Virus record (IMG/VR): IMGVR_UViG_3300023210_000023
Source of the DNA: an uncultured virus (IMG/VR IMGVR_UViG_3300023210_000023)
Lineage: Duplodnaviria; Heunggongvirae; Uroviricota; Caudoviricetes
DNA: 20,000 nucleotides
Direction: 5' to 3' (one strand)
Positions 1-8,194 of the stretch are shown one piece after another. The notes beneath the pieces were generated by a model. It saw nothing but the letters and a program-made list of their open reading frames with translations, made no database searches and was not told the DNA's origin. The position numbers were made by a program, and so were the translations under genes. Every line of letters starts with the position of its first letter. Within the stretch, counting starts at the first letter, position 1.

Positions 1-1
1 A

Positions 2-1045
2 AAAGGTGATAAAGAAAGTTTGTGGAGAAGATTAACAAACTGGGGATTCTTTCTTCAGGATGCTGGTGAATTTAATGTACAGAGTAAGGTAGGTAATGTT
101 ATAGTAAGATCACATACTGCAATAAATAGTAAAACAGGAGAAACAAAGAGTTTATACGATGCATTAATATTTAACAGAGAGACAGGTGCCCTAGAGATGG
201 AAGAAGGGTATGATCAAGTACAGATGTACGGTAGAGATAAAATCATGGAATGGAATGATGATGCAAAATATGAGATAAGAAACAATATAAGAGAAGTAAA
301 TAAAATTATACATGGTAACTATGCTCATGAAGATAGAATGGTTATACAGTCTCATGCTTTAGGTCAATTAGCAGCACAGTTTCATAAGTGGGTAGTGCCA
401 TCTATACAAACTAGATTTAGACCAGAATACTTTGATGAAAATTTAGGATGGGTAGAAGGAAGATACTTAAGTTTTTGGAACTTTATGAGTTACTTTTATA
501 AAAATATAAATGAACTGGGTAGTATACATGAGAACTATAAGAAACATCATGGTGTAAAAGGAAAGCAGAAGCTACAGAATGCATATAGAACAATAGGAGA
601 GCTAGGACTATTCATGACTACAATTATAATTAGAAACTTGTTAGTGAAACTATTTGCAGATGATGATGATGATAGTGAAGTAAAAAAGAAACTAGAAAAT
701 GTATTAATATATCAAGCAGATAGATTGAGAAAAGAACTTGTAACTTTTAACCCTGTACCTGGTATGGGTGGTTATCAGCAAATGATGCAACTGTTTAAGT
801 CACCTATAGCAGCAACAAGAACATTGGGTGAATTAGGGGAAGCTATGGAAGTAACTGTTGGTACAGGTTTATCTTATGCGTTTTTAGATGATGAAGCATT
901 TTTTGAAACAAGTTATGTATACAAAAGAGGAAATAGAAAAGGAAAAATGAAACTTGGAAAAGAATGGGGAGATGCCCTACCTATTCTTTATACTATAAAC
1001 AGATGGAAGGGATATGAACGTATCACTGACTTCTACATTAAATAA
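2..1045 (+). CDS. C-terminal part of a very large virion (cargo/ejected) protein of crAss-like type; 5' truncated by the window edge
   Basis: The frame is open from position 2 (AAA GGT GAT AAA GAA AGT TTG), so the TTG at 20 is not the real start. The motif INKIIHGNY..ED...IQ...LGQL..QFHKW......RF....EGRY resembles, from recall, the C-terminus of giant virion proteins of crAss-like phages. Confidence 0.6.
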   Translation, partial: KGDKESLWRRLTNWGFFLQDAGEFNVQSKVGNVIVRSHTAINSKTGETKSLYDALIFNRETGALEMEEGYDQVQMYGRDKIMEWNDDAKYEIRNNIREVNKIIHGNYAHEDRMVIQSHALGQLAAQFHKWVVPSIQTRFRPEYFDENLGWVEGRYLSFWNFMSYFYKNINELGSIHENYKKHHGVKGKQKLQNAYRTIGELGLFMTTIIIRNLLVKLFADDDDDSEVKKKLENVLIYQADRLRKELVTFNPVPGMGGYQQMMQLFKSPIAATRTLGELGEAMEVTVGTGLSYAFLDDEAFFETSYVYKRGNRKGKMKLGKEWGDALPILYTINRWKGYERITDFYIK

Positions 1046-1047
1046 CT

Positions 1048-1383
1048 ATGGAAAAAAACTGTAAAACTAAGATCTATAAACCACTACCTGATTATTTGAC
1101 TATTGGTCCTTCTGATATACATGGTGCTGGTATTATTGCTAAAGATGACATCCCTGCTGAGATAGATCTAGGCATTAGTCATATTTATGATCCTGAGTTT
1201 CAACATAATTATATAAGAACTCCATTAGGGGGATTTGTAAATCACTCAGAGAATCCAAATTGTGAGTTAATTGATAAAGATGATGATTACCATTATAAGA
1301 CTATAAGAACTATTAAGAAAGTAGAAGCAGGAGATGAGATTACACTTAAGTATTCTTTGTATGAGATCTGTGATTACTTATAA
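1048..1383 (+). CDS. Minimal SET-domain protein (vSET-like lysine methyltransferase)
   Basis: S-x-I-H-G-x-G-I-I-A motif I, GFVNHSENPNC (NHS motif) and C-terminal AGDEITLKY (ELxxDY equivalent). 111 aa, SET domain only. Confidence 0.88.
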   Translation: MEKNCKTKIYKPLPDYLTIGPSDIHGAGIIAKDDIPAEIDLGISHIYDPEFQHNYIRTPLGGFVNHSENPNCELIDKDDDYHYKTIRTIKKVEAGDEITLKYSLYEICDYL

Positions 1384-2001
1384 ACTATTGTATACTCCCG
1401 GTAGTCCAAATATTATATTACCATGAAATCCAAATTGATTATTATATAAACCTTCTTCTATAGAAAACTTGTCTGCTATTTCAATAGGTGCAAATTTACA
1501 TTTATCTCTCATATAGTCTCCATGTTGTACACATAAGTAATAATCTTCAGCACTAAGTTTCATATATTCTGATGAATTAGCCTCTCTCAAGATTTTTGAT
1601 TCTTGTAAAAACTTTTTACTTCTTAATGAAAATCCTCCATTACCTACTAGATATTTAGAGTTTAACAACTTAAAATGAGGATGACTTTCATTAGTTCTAT
1701 CTATATGTTTAATTACTGCATGCCAAGAAGCGCCTATATAATCATAGTTTAAGAAATCATCTTCCCAAGCATCCATATTTAAAATATAACCATCTAGTTG
1801 TATAATCAATACAAAATCAGTAGTTATTAAGGATGGTAACTCTGTTAAGCAAAACTCACTATAAGTTTGTAAACTAGTAATTTTAGGGTCTGTAATAAGA
1901 AGTGTCTTATCTGGTTTAAATAATTCTGCTTGTTCTTTTAGAAGTATTTTTGCTGCAGGAATATCTCTGTTCTCTACTAATAATAATGTTATTGTTTTCA
2001 T
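1378..2001 (-). CDS. DUF5672-family protein (putative GT-A-like glycosyltransferase)
   Basis: Motifs FVLIIQLDG, YDYIGASW, VGNGGFSLRS, EDYY, FAP....KFS.E and FGFH are characteristic of DUF5672. Confidence 0.82.
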   Translation of the reverse strand: MKTITLLLVENRDIPAAKILLKEQAELFKPDKTLLITDPKITSLQTYSEFCLTELPSLITTDFVLIIQLDGYILNMDAWEDDFLNYDYIGASWHAVIKHIDRTNESHPHFKLLNSKYLVGNGGFSLRSKKFLQESKILREANSSEYMKLSAEDYYLCVQHGDYMRDKCKFAPIEIADKFSIEEGLYNNQFGFHGNIIFGLPGVYNSL

Positions 2002-2002
2002 A

Positions 2003-2785
2003 CTAAGTAATATATCTATTTCTATCAGTACTTAGTTTTGCAAGCACAGCTTTATAACGTCTTACATTATTAACTGAAGTTCCACCTGCACCTTTATGTA
2101 ATGCATCATCTTGCAATCCATAATTTAGAACTCCTCTATTAAGCCATATATCTCTTATACAAAACTTCCCTGGTACATTAACTACTTTAATAGATGTTCC
2201 TTTACTACAATAATAATTACTTAGTACAACATCATCAGATAAATAGAAATCTAAATCATCTATATATATGTTTATATATTCCATAAAGTCATCAGCAAAA
2301 GTATCTAATCTTATACAGACAGCCGCATAACCTTCAGCTACTGAAGCTGTTGCATTATGTCTTCTAACTCCGGATATATTATCACAAGAATTAGGACCAC
2401 ACCTGAAATCAAATCCTGAACCTACATATATAGAGTTATCATTAGGCATGCTCTTCATTGTCTCTAACATAGTTAGTGGATATATTACATCATCATCTAA
2501 ATATATTATTCTTGTCTCAACAGGATTAAAGTTATTATCTTTAAGATATTTCACAGTAGGTATAACCTTGGTTCCTGGACCATAATCTCTATCTGCTCTA
2601 TTAATTAATGTGTTATCCTCTACAAATTTAGGAATATCATACTCTTCAGAAGTTCTTGCAAAAACATGAGGTATATTTAATATTATTAAATCCGGCTTAA
2701 CTGTCTGGTTTAACAGACTATCTAGCATAGATTTACATTTATGTATTCTAGTTGGACTAGTTGTAAATGAAATTATATATTTCAT
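2003..2785 (-). CDS. Putative GT-A fold (GT2-like) glycosyltransferase
   Basis: IISFTTSPTRI...SLLNQTVKPD.IILNIP, DYGPGTK, IIYLDDD (DxD motif) and SDDVVLS acid/base motif. Confidence 0.8.
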   Translation of the reverse strand: MKYIISFTTSPTRIHKCKSMLDSLLNQTVKPDLIILNIPHVFARTSEEYDIPKFVEDNTLINRADRDYGPGTKVIPTVKYLKDNNFNPVETRIIYLDDDVIYPLTMLETMKSMPNDNSIYVGSGFDFRCGPNSCDNISGVRRHNATASVAEGYAAVCIRLDTFADDFMEYINIYIDDLDFYLSDDVVLSNYYCSKGTSIKVVNVPGKFCIRDIWLNRGVLNYGLQDDALHKGAGGTSVNNVRRYKAVLAKLSTDRNRYIT

Positions 2786-3109
2786 CTAAGCAGTAATTGC
2801 ATTAAGGTAATAGTTCAACTTATCTGTATACATAGACAGTGGACCACCTCTTAATCTTTCTACTTCTTCTCCATCTTTAAATAACAGTACAGTAGGAATT
2901 CCTCTTATCCCATGAACTGGCATTAGACCCTGATTCTCATCAGTATTTACTTTACCTATTACGACTTCTTTACCTTCAAAGTCCTCTATTAACTTATCAA
3001 TAGTAGGCATCAATGCTCTACAAGGACCACACCAAGGTGCCCAAAATTGTATTAGTATAAGTTTATTTTCTTTTATTTCTTTTTCAATGTTTGCTTCATT
3101 TAGTTCCAT
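2786..3109 (-). CDS. trxA: Thioredoxin
   Basis: FWAPWCGPCR active site and GIRGIPT cis-Pro motif; lies directly downstream of the RNR gene. Confidence 0.96.
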   Translation of the reverse strand: MELNEANIEKEIKENKLILIQFWAPWCGPCRALMPTIDKLIEDFEGKEVVIGKVNTDENQGLMPVHGIRGIPTVLLFKDGEEVERLRGGPLSMYTDKLNYYLNAITA

Positions 3110-3126
3110 AAGGTTTTTTTTAATTA

Positions 3127-4986
3127 TTATCTGATTTCACAGGCACCACCAGCACAAGCTAGTTCACCTTTAAGATCTGTATTATCATCTTCTTCTATTA
3201 TATTGGATAAATCAATATCCATAAGATGCTTAAGCATCTCAGTAAATTTCTTTTTAGATATATCTTCAAATGGAGCTTGAATATAACTACCACCATTATA
3301 TGGTAGTACTGATAGACCATTATAGTATTCTCTGTTATTCCACATCCACTCACCAGCTTTATCCCATTCATCTTCTTTAAGTGAAATTGTTGCAGATACA
3401 TTATGACTATTAGATCCATTTCTGTGCCCAGGGTTTACCCATTCAGTAGCAACTTTCTTTACTCTTTCAAGTAAGTCAAAAGAAGATTCAGTTCTTAAGA
3501 TGGATCCTTCAGGTGCGCTTTGTGGTATACTAATTACAGCAGTATCATGTGGTCTAAAGTAATCATCCTCTAATAGGTCAGGGTGATGAGCCAATAAGTA
3601 ATTGTAAATCGGCTCATTCTTCCCAACTCTTAATCTTCTAACATAATACTTTGAGTGCCAAGCATGTATACCTGATGAAGTTCCTAATGTTAAAGAAGTT
3701 GTTCCTGCAGGCTTTACAGTTGTTGTTCTAGCTGCTTTTTTTATACCAATTAGTTTAGCAACACGGGCATTTTCTTTCTTTACTATTGATGCTGCCTCAG
3801 TTGTATTAAGTTTTAAGACTTTACCGCTTCCAATTCCAGTCATAGAAATACCAATCAAAGCATCCTTCTCAGTTGTTTCTTGCCATATTTCTCTTAGATA
3901 GTGGAAGTCAGTGTAACCAGCTTGTAATGTTCCAATAAATGCAGCAGCTTTAACTCTCTCATTAAAATCTTCCTGTGACTCAAGATCACTTGCGTTAACC
4001 TCACAAAGGTTACAAAATTGATAAGGACGTAAAGCTATTTCACAACAAGGATTAGTTCCCCAATCTTTATCATTATTTAAGTATATGCCTGGCTCACCTG
4101 AACCTGATAGTTCAATACGTTTCCATATGTCTAAGAAAAACTCTTTAGTAATTTTGTGTCTCATTAATACAGCTGAATTGTTGGCTCTACCTCTTTGAGG
4201 ATTTGATTCCCACCAATTTCCTGATTTACACGATATCATTTCATCATCATGAGCACTAAAAAGACTAATAAGAGCAGCACGCCTTATACCACCAGCTAAT
4301 ACAGCATCAGCTATATAACATATAATATCATGTACTTCTAATGTAGATAGCTGATCCCCATCTTCTTTAGAACCTAACAACCCTTCTATCTTTAATAAAC
4401 ATTCTTTTAACGGTTGTGGCCCTGGAGCTTTTCCACCTGATGTCACTAGTCTAGCTCCTTTAGGTCTAATGTCTGAAAAGTCAAATATGACCTTAGAAGA
4501 TCTACCATTAAGATATGACTTCATTAATAATTTAACTGAGTCAGCCCAACCTTCTATTGAATCACTTATCAAATATCTTTTTGTTCTCTTTGGGTAAGGT
4601 TTATTTATAGGAGGAAGTTTTGCAACATGATGATTTTGAACAGAATACCCAACACCAGTACCACCTAGAAGAAGAAACATGCATTCAGCAAAAGAATTAA
4701 TATGATCCACAGGCATATAAGCACAGTTATATATTCTATTAGGAGAAATTTCAATGGGTTTACCACCGAACTGCATAGATCTCATTGATGGTAATACTTG
4801 CTTATCATAAACAAACTTATAAGCACTATCTATTTGATCCTTAAGATCTGGATATGATTTAATATGCATAGCTTTATTACGACTAACTAATTCTTCCCAA
4901 GTTTCTCTTCTATTTAATTCTGGTATATATCTACTGTACTTCATATAGACAGTAATATCACTAAGTATTTTGTTGTTTAAATTCAT
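3127..4986 (-). CDS. nrdJ: Class II (adenosylcobalamin-dependent, monomeric RTPR-type) ribonucleotide reductase
   Basis: RIYNCAY, GGTGVGYS, GGKAPGP.PL, GEPG, TNPCCEI (thiyl Cys), FCNLCEVN, TTVKPAGTTS and C-terminal CAGGACEI redox pair. 619 aa, with no nrdB adjacent. Confidence 0.88.
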   Translation of the reverse strand: MNLNNKILSDITVYMKYSRYIPELNRRETWEELVSRNKAMHIKSYPDLKDQIDSAYKFVYDKQVLPSMRSMQFGGKPIEISPNRIYNCAYMPVDHINSFAECMFLLLGGTGVGYSVQNHHVAKLPPINKPYPKRTKRYLISDSIEGWADSVKLLMKSYLNGRSSKVIFDFSDIRPKGARLVTSGGKAPGPQPLKECLLKIEGLLGSKEDGDQLSTLEVHDIICYIADAVLAGGIRRAALISLFSAHDDEMISCKSGNWWESNPQRGRANNSAVLMRHKITKEFFLDIWKRIELSGSGEPGIYLNNDKDWGTNPCCEIALRPYQFCNLCEVNASDLESQEDFNERVKAAAFIGTLQAGYTDFHYLREIWQETTEKDALIGISMTGIGSGKVLKLNTTEAASIVKKENARVAKLIGIKKAARTTTVKPAGTTSLTLGTSSGIHAWHSKYYVRRLRVGKNEPIYNYLLAHHPDLLEDDYFRPHDTAVISIPQSAPEGSILRTESSFDLLERVKKVATEWVNPGHRNGSNSHNVSATISLKEDEWDKAGEWMWNNREYYNGLSVLPYNGGSYIQAPFEDISKKKFTEMLKHLMDIDLSNIIEEDDNTDLKGELACAGGACEIR

Positions 4987-5182
4987 TTTCTTTTAATTTT
5001 AATAAGTTAGTTTGAAAGGGTAAGTATAAGATAACAAAACTAATTATTATCATCAGTATAAAAACTTAAAATTTTACTATATTTTTTTTCATTCCTATTA
5101 TATTTTCTTAATTCCTTTTTTTTCAGTATATTATATATATATAATAAAGAATTTACAAAACTAACAAAAAAAATTTTAAATC
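4987..5182. promoter_or_regulatory. Divergent AT-rich promoter region with TTTT(G/CAG)-TA(T)(A/C)TTATA motifs facing both directions
   Basis: About 200 bp non-coding between divergent operons. Minus strand 5025-5039 reads TTTTGTTATCTTATA and plus strand 5120-5135 reads TTTTCAGTATATTATA; a similar motif occurs at 14256-14269. Confidence 0.6.
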
Positions 5183-5470
5183 ATGGCGGGAAATAAAGTA
5201 ATTGCAGCCAATCAAGTATCTATTGTAACTCCTTTTGGATTTACTGGATCATTAGCTGCTAAAACGTTTTTAGAAAAGTTCAGAACATTTTCTATTTTAA
5301 ACAACAGTGGGGGATGTACAGTAACAATGCCTAATGGAAATGTAATGAATATTCCAGTAGGTGTAACAGTTAATTGGGATGCTGGAACTCAATACCGTAA
5401 GTTAAATAAACTTAAGGGAGCAACTATTACAGTAACAGCAGATGATTGCGTTATTGTAGCAACAATATAA
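5183..5470 (+). CDS. Hypothetical small beta-rich protein, possibly structural
   Basis: 95-aa ORF, first gene after the promoter region, A-rich leader, rich in Thr/Val/Gly. Confidence 0.7.
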   Translation: MAGNKVIAANQVSIVTPFGFTGSLAAKTFLEKFRTFSILNNSGGCTVTMPNGNVMNIPVGVTVNWDAGTQYRKLNKLKGATITVTADDCVIVATI

Positions 5471-5471
5471 T

Positions 5472-5780
5472 ATGGCAACGGCTGCACAAGAAATAGCGTT
5501 AATGAAGAAAGATATAGAAACTTTGAGTGAAGATATTAAAGAACTAAATAAGAAGATGGATAGGTTAATGATTAAACTATTAGATCCAGACGAGGGTTTA
5601 GTAGTTAGGGTTAATAAGAATACTGAACGTTTAGACGAGAGAGATAAAAATCTAGTTGGATGGTTGAAGGATGTTCGTGACTTTCATTATATGAAAAAAT
5701 GGAAATCTACAGTGACAAGAGCTCTTTGGGGTTTGTATGCAGCCATTGTAGGTTATATTGTTAAATTATTATTCTGGTAA
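5472..5780 (+). CDS. Coiled-coil protein with a C-terminal membrane anchor
   Basis: Heptad-like N-terminus (IALMKKDIETLSEDIKELNKKMDRL) and hydrophobic C-terminus (ALWGLYAAIVGYIVKLLFW). Confidence 0.75.
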   Translation: MATAAQEIALMKKDIETLSEDIKELNKKMDRLMIKLLDPDEGLVVRVNKNTERLDERDKNLVGWLKDVRDFHYMKKWKSTVTRALWGLYAAIVGYIVKLLFW

Positions 5781-5781
5781 A

Positions 5782-5859
5782 ATGAAATACATGTTACTAA
5801 TAGCGATATCTTTAATTCTTGGGAAAATAGTTTGTTACTACTTACACGAGTGTGAATAA
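5782..5859 (+). CDS. 25-aa hydrophobic micro-protein (not in ORF track)
   Basis: MKYMLLIAISLILGKIVCYYLHECE*. It fills the gap exactly: ATG 1 nt after the upstream stop, and a TAATG overlap with the start at 5859. Confidence 0.6.
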   Translation: MKYMLLIAISLILGKIVCYYLHECE

Positions 5860-6791
5860 TGTCACAGTGCTTTAATCATAAATTAAAAAAATGTACTGCA
5901 CATGCAAGTGATTGTGAGACATGTTGTAATGCAGCATCAGGATTAACATGTGATGATTATTATGTTTCTGGTGTTGGATCAACAATTGAAATTGGTAGTA
6001 GAATACGACAAGGATCAGGATGTACAGGAGATGACGCTACTGCTGGTATTTATACAGATTGCTCTCCAACTTTTTGTAATACTGTTGCATACGGATGTAT
6101 AACGGTAGGAGCTGGCGGTCTTGTAACAGCAATATCAGCATGTACAGGTGATAATGCATGCGGTAGTGGCTCAGGTACTGGCTCAAGTTGTTTACAAAGT
6201 TCAACTTTAGATACACAACCAACTCATAGATGGAGTGGAAGGCAAAAAACTGCGGTATCTGCATTAGATACTTGGGAAACATTATACGAATGCCCAAAAC
6301 ACTTTGATCTTACAACTTCAATGGAAGGTGTAGTTTGTTATACAAACAACACAGCTACAAATTCAAGTCATTTAAAACAAATTTATATTCAAAATTGTGA
6401 ACTTGGTGGAATAAATGAAAAAAAGTTTTCTGTAAGACTATATAATCCTGATACAGGTACTAGCACAGCAACTGATTGTGATTTAGTTAGTACAACTATT
6501 CCTGCAGAAGTGTCTTTAATAGATAGAATAAAATTAGATGATAACCAAAGGGTTAAAGTATTAGAACATGAAAGTCCCTTAACGTTAAGTGGTGGAGATT
6601 TAATTCAAATCCAAGCACACACTTCTACAACAGGTTGGACTATAAGTGCTTGGATAGAAGCAGATGTTTCTACTACGTATGTATCTAGTAATCAAGGATC
6701 TGATGGGGCTAATGCTATTGCAAATATGTCTGGTTTATCAAGAAAGTTAGGTACTAGTACTGCTAATAGAAGATTAAAACCTGGAGGATAA
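5859..6791 (+). CDS. Putative virion protein: Cys-rich N-terminal module, Gly/Ser linker, beta-sandwich-like C-terminal domain
   Basis: 13 Cys in the first ~111 aa, GSGSGTGSS linker, and C-terminal IYIQN...LTLSGGDLIQIQA pattern. Confidence 0.65.
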   Translation: MSQCFNHKLKKCTAHASDCETCCNAASGLTCDDYYVSGVGSTIEIGSRIRQGSGCTGDDATAGIYTDCSPTFCNTVAYGCITVGAGGLVTAISACTGDNACGSGSGTGSSCLQSSTLDTQPTHRWSGRQKTAVSALDTWETLYECPKHFDLTTSMEGVVCYTNNTATNSSHLKQIYIQNCELGGINEKKFSVRLYNPDTGTSTATDCDLVSTTIPAEVSLIDRIKLDDNQRVKVLEHESPLTLSGGDLIQIQAHTSTTGWTISAWIEADVSTTYVSSNQGSDGANAIANMSGLSRKLGTSTANRRLKPGG

Positions 6792-6804
6792 AAAAATATA
6801 TGTA

Positions 6805-7080
6805 ATGTCAGCAGAATTAAATGAAGATACAAGTTTTAAAGTAAGTGTAAAAACACTCATTGCTATTGGTGCTGCAATGGCAACTCTTATTAGTATGTGG
6901 TTTGTATTACAATCAGACATTGAAGAGGCTAAAGAGTTACCTAAACCTGATGTCACTAGAATGGAGTTTGATATGAAAGATGAATTAATACGTCAAACTA
7001 TTATGAACACTTTGGAAGATGTTAAGGAAATTAAAGAAGATTTAAAACGTATGGAACAAAAAATAGATGACTTAAGATGA
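6805..7080 (+). CDS. Membrane-anchored coiled-coil protein
   Basis: TM-like TLIAIGAAMATLISMWFVL followed by a charged heptad C-terminus; ATGA overlap with the next gene. Confidence 0.75.
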   Translation: MSAELNEDTSFKVSVKTLIAIGAAMATLISMWFVLQSDIEEAKELPKPDVTRMEFDMKDELIRQTIMNTLEDVKEIKEDLKRMEQKIDDLR

Positions 7081-7451
7081 AAGATCCAACTTGGAAAATA
7101 TTTGGAACTTATCTGATTGTATTATTTCTGATATTATTAATGTCTGGAAATGCTCTTGGACAAACAAAATTCTGTAAACAGGATATTTGTGTTGTAGAAT
7201 TTAATGCTTATTGGAATAAAGATAACGGTGTGGTTTGGTTAGATAGTTTAGAAAATTGCGGTGTAACAAGAATACTTATATCAGATGAACAAATGCTAGC
7301 AGATGTACAAAAGAAATATAGCATACAAAATGTACCTACAATAATAATTTTTAGGGAAGAAGAAGTTGAAAGATATCAAGCTTGCTTAAGATTTAAAATA
7401 GGAGTTAAACGAGAAGACGTACAAAAATTAATAAATGACCTTTCTAAATGA
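7077..7451 (+). CDS. Secreted thioredoxin-fold protein lacking the CxxC active site
   Basis: Signal-peptide-like N-terminus ending NALG/Q. VVEFNAYWN aligns to Trx VxFxAxWC, and YSIQNVPTIIIFREEEVER aligns to Trx GIxxIPTxLLFKDGEEVER (compare trxA in this window). Confidence 0.7.
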   Translation: MKDPTWKIFGTYLIVLFLILLMSGNALGQTKFCKQDICVVEFNAYWNKDNGVVWLDSLENCGVTRILISDEQMLADVQKKYSIQNVPTIIIFREEEVERYQACLRFKIGVKREDVQKLINDLSK

Positions 7452-8164
7452 AAACTAAAATTCCTAAAATAATACATCAGATTTGGATAGGTAAAGAAAT
7501 TCCTAAAAAGTTTAAGGAATTTACAGATAAGATGAAAAAAGTACATGAAGAAAAAGGTTATAAACATTATCTATGGGGTAATGAGTTATGGGATAAGTAT
7601 AAAGATGATCTTTATATAAATGCATATAGAGGTAAGGGATTTCCTCTTGCGTATGTTACTGATAGATTTAGAATCTTATTATTAAGAGATTATGGTGGAA
7701 TTGCTGTTGATCCTGACTGTGAGTTAATAAGATCATTTGATAATATTCTTAATAAGTTAGGTAAGGATATTGTATACTTCTGTGGTTCAAGGGCTAAGAT
7801 AAATAATGGAGCATTATTTGAATGTGGCATCCAAGGTACTACACCTAATTCAAGAGTAATTAAAGAATTTGTAAAAGTTTGGGATATTTATGGTACGAAC
7901 TTTGCTCCGGGAGGATTAAAAACAAGTAATAGACTTATAGAAATAATTGATACTGATGTAGCAATATTAAATTATGAACACTTCTTTACATATGAACCAA
8001 ATCAAAAGACTATCTTATTACATGAGCCTCATACTCTAGATAGTTGGAGAGATCTAAAAGACCAGGTAAGATATCAAAAGAATAGAAAAAATACTATAGA
8101 AAGTATTAATAAAAAGAAATTAGCACTACAAACAGAAGATGAAATTGTTTTTTTTAGTAAATAA
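7448..8164 (+). CDS. GT32 / Gly_transf_sug (OCH1-like, DxD) glycosyltransferase
   Basis: IPKIIHQIWIG N-terminal motif and TDRFRILLLRDYGGIAVDPD (D..R...L..YGG...DxD). Confidence 0.88.
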   Translation: MKTKIPKIIHQIWIGKEIPKKFKEFTDKMKKVHEEKGYKHYLWGNELWDKYKDDLYINAYRGKGFPLAYVTDRFRILLLRDYGGIAVDPDCELIRSFDNILNKLGKDIVYFCGSRAKINNGALFECGIQGTTPNSRVIKEFVKVWDIYGTNFAPGGLKTSNRLIEIIDTDVAILNYEHFFTYEPNQKTILLHEPHTLDSWRDLKDQVRYQKNRKNTIESINKKKLALQTEDEIVFFSK

Positions 8165-8194
8165 AAACAGAAAGAATTATAAAACAATAGTACT

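Noticed and set aside
3198..3419. 73-aa alternative-frame ORF inside nrdJ
   Set aside because: Fully nested in a well-supported gene; no recognisable motif.
5127..5143. (TA)n run as a microsatellite or phase-variation tract
   Set aside because: Short and part of the promoter-like AT-rich motif; no evidence of length variation from a single sequence.
4987..5182. tRNA or structured ncRNA in the largest intergenic gap
   Set aside because: Extremely AT-rich with no cloverleaf, T-loop or stable stems visible.
1048..8164. Giant-virus (NCLDV) or eukaryotic origin suggested by the SET domain, glycosyltransferases and Cys-rich protein
   Set aside because: A holin, overlapping start/stop operon structure, a crAss-type PolB and a crAss-like virion protein point to a bacteriophage.
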